The position numbers and the translations under genes are program-made. The notes under the pieces are model-generated. The model had not been told where the DNA came from. It saw nothing but the letters and a program-made list of their open reading frames with translations, and did not search any database. From NCBI GenBank assembly GCA_964234715.1, contig OZ174275.1: DNA of 64,000 nucleotides, one strand, 5' to 3'. This document shows positions 61,501 to 64,000 of this stretch, piece by piece. The DNA is from Podarcis melisellensis (taxonomy: Eukaryota). The stretch's first letter is position 1, and every line of letters starts with the position of its first letter.

Positions 61501-63582
61501 TTCCCCGCTGTTTACTCCCAGAATCTAAATTTAAACAAGTTTGTTTATGGACCTGGTCAGCCATTTACAGATGTAGATTCCACACTGAGTGGTTTGCATG
61601 CATGTGGGCTGGTAGGGTAGCCTGAAAAGCTGACGTGCGCAGATGAGCATGGAAGTGGTGACCTGTGGTCTGTGTCTGCCGACCTCTACGCACACAACTA
61701 GAGCCTGGAAGGCTATGATGCGTCACGAAGATGGGTGGCTTTCTAAGGTTATCCTGAAGGTCCAGAGTTTAGAGCAGCTTTCAGAACATGCTGCATTCTT
61801 GAAATGGACCCCATTCACGCAGGAGAGAGTGACTGAGAGAGGGGTTCATTATCTGCTGTAAATTTGGATTCCATCCCTGCCCAGAGATAAACAACAGAGA
61901 GGCGTGTCGTAAGGATGAAGGAATTTAGCACACGATTCCATCTCCCAGAGGCAATAAAATGTAAACAGGCATTTCCACACGGTTACCATGAATATACACT
62001 GTTCCCAAATTTCAGGGTTTTTACCCGACAGGTGCTAGAGTTTTCACTCAGACCCATTCTCTTGCTGGTTACCATCAGAAAGGAAACTGCTTTCCAGAAA
62101 TAAAATACTTGGGGCTGCTTCAAGCATTCTGAATTTGCTACATGTAAAGGGTTTTTGTGAAGATGTGAGAAAACCATGTACATGATGCCTATTTGTGGTC
62201 GTGCTGGTTGTATATTGATATTTTTCTTCTCCAGGTGTTTTGGGTTACAATGCAATCTGAGGCAGCATGGCCAGTGTTCAGGTATGGTGGGTGCACATAT
62301 CAATGGAGGTTTGTTCACAACAGGGTTTTGATGGGGTTACACAGAATCAGGTGTGTGGTTTGGGGGTGCTGCTGGGCATAGTGTTATTTATAGAAGTGAC
62401 CTCAGTGGCTGGGAGTGACTTCTATCAGTTTGGGTTCATTCACCAATTGCAGCCTTGTCTGGAGAAAGTGGAGCTGGCCCCAATTGCACATGCATTGGTT
62501 ACATCCAGACTAAACTACTACAGTGATTGGCATATAGGACTGCCTTTGGAGACAGTCCAGAAACTTCAGCTGCTACAAACTTCAGCTGCCAGAATGCTTA
62601 TGGGAGTAGACAGTTTGATCACATCACACTGATTTTGCATCAGTTGCTCTTGCCACCCACTTGTTTCTGGGCTCCGTGTGAAGAACTGGTGGTAACCTTT
62701 AAAACCCTGAACAGTTTAGGACCAGATTATTTGAAGCGCTGCCTACACCCATATGAACCCACCCAGGCTAAGGACCTCCTACTAAGGTTGGCAAATACCA
62801 AAAACAGGGCCTTTTCCGTGTCAGCTCCACACTTGTAGAAGAACTCTGCTTCTCCCCTTTTCTTGTCGTTCTTAAGCAGACCCTAAAGACTTCTTTATTT
62901 CACTGAGTTCACTCAAGCTGGACCCCCTGTATATGCTTTTATCTCATGTGTTTTTATTGTTATTTGTCCATTGTTTTTCAAAAGCCACCTTGCGAGGGCT
63001 TGCCTTTAAAGGAGAGGGGAGAAATATATAAACCAATAATAATAAATATACGGTGAAATGGATGCAAAGTTCACACATGAGGAGGAGCCACATGTACTTT
63101 TCATGCTTTAACTTCAGTGTTTTCTGGAAATGAGTTGCGTCCAAAGTGTCTCTCTGACTCAGGCATGTGTCGAGTGAATGATCTTCACATGCAGTTCTCT
63201 ATCGGGAGGATCTGTGTTGTAGGACAAGGCTTCCTGGCCTGTGTTGCCCACACTCCTGCCACACTCCTGTCTATTGTAGCTGTGCAGGAGGACAGTGGCA
63301 CCATGAGGGCAGGGCCACACTCAGCAGAGTGAAGTGCAGGGCTGCTGTCTTATCATGTTTTGAAGTAAGTGAAGCAATACATATTACCATGTGAAAAAGG
63401 GGGGGTGGGCAATGGTGTGAAGCTGCTAAGTCCAGAGTCTACAATCCTAAATGGGTCACTGTAGTAAGAGAGACAAGGTTAGTAAGATGGGCTCACCTGA
63501 GTAGTAAAACTGGATCTGGAGGGCAAACAGGAAGTCTGAAAAAGACATCAAGCAGTCCACAGCATCATCCATGAGAACAATC
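55335..63582 (-). CDS. CSTPP1: CSTPP1 / C11orf49 homolog, last five coding exons (5' part lies beyond the window)
   Basis: Exons 63497-63582, 60443-60638, 59273-59382, 56887-56950, 55335-55515, all in phase. Motifs [59 protein letters not shown]. Tail-to-tail with ARFGAP2, as in human. Confidence 0.92.
55716..56434 (-). mobile_element. CR1 LINE, 5'-truncated, same subfamily as the copy at 27111
   Basis: Near-identical to 27111-27792; ORF 55872..56342. Confidence 0.92.
56887..56950 (-). CDS. CSTPP1: CSTPP1 exon
   Basis: ctccag|[22 protein letters not shown]|gtaagt. Confidence 0.9.
59273..59382 (-). CDS. CSTPP1: CSTPP1 exon
   Basis: cctag|[11 protein letters not shown]...INRAL G|gtaaag. Confidence 0.92.
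60443..60638 (-). CDS. CSTPP1: CSTPP1 exon
   Basis: tacag|[14 protein letters not shown]...CDRSKY AG|gtaagg. Confidence 0.92.
62380..63050 (+). mobile_element. Degraded L2 LINE ORF2 3' region
   Basis: [10 protein letters not shown]...[31 protein letters not shown], with frameshifts. Confidence 0.75.
63497..63582 (-). CDS. CSTPP1: CSTPP1 exon
   Basis: ttccag|[29 protein letters not shown]|gtgagc. Confidence 0.9.
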
Positions 63583-64000
63583 CTGGAATGGAGAAGGAGA
63601 GACAGACAGCTCAACAACAGCCAGTTGCTATGCCAGGTAACTTACAGCTGAGGCCAAGTTCACAGGAAGTGAGCAAGGACTCCTCAGAGTCACAAAGAGG
63701 GTCACAGCCCTTTATAGACTAGAACAGATGCACAAGCTTCCAGGGACTGGAATCCTAGGAATTACCTCTGCCTATTTCCCAAAGCAGGTGATGGGAGGCA
63801 GAGCCAAAAGTGGGGCGAAACACCTTTCCTCTCTCTCCCGGTGTGCCACTGTTCTCTCGCCTCTCTTCCATCTCACCCAGCAGGCTGCCAGGGAATGAAT
63901 GAACAGAGGTCTAAACTGCCAGAGGTCTAAACTGATCCCATGTCAAAGGCTTCCCTGTCTTCCATCACTCCATCTCTTTTGGCTCTCTCCTAGCCACACA

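Overview
Vertebrate genomic DNA. The Sauria SINE, CR1/L2 LINE fragments and TcMar/hAT MITEs point to a squamate, probably a lacertid lizard (inference). The window holds the conserved block PACSIN3 (+, 9 coding exons, 6898-15822, about 436 aa), ARFGAP2 (+, 16 constitutive coding exons plus one cassette exon, 37768-52262, about 525/540 aa) and the last five coding exons of CSTPP1/C11orf49 (-, 55335-63582). The main surprise is a complete, intron-containing THAP9-like gene derived from a P-element transposase (-, 17502-37565, about 907 aa) lying between PACSIN3 and ARFGAP2. As I recall, those two genes are directly adjacent in human and THAP9 is on another chromosome. It starts head-to-head with ARFGAP2, with 202 bp between the ATGs, and has no visible TIRs. 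It keeps the THAP zinc finger, an HCF-1-binding motif and the acidic residues equivalent to THAP9's catalytic ones, but several P-transposase motifs are eroded. Other points of interest are two GC-AG introns, a (GT)n microsatellite inside a PACSIN3 splice donor, and many young MITEs with intact TSDs. All gene models were built by hand from splice signals and phase, and homologue comparisons are from memory.
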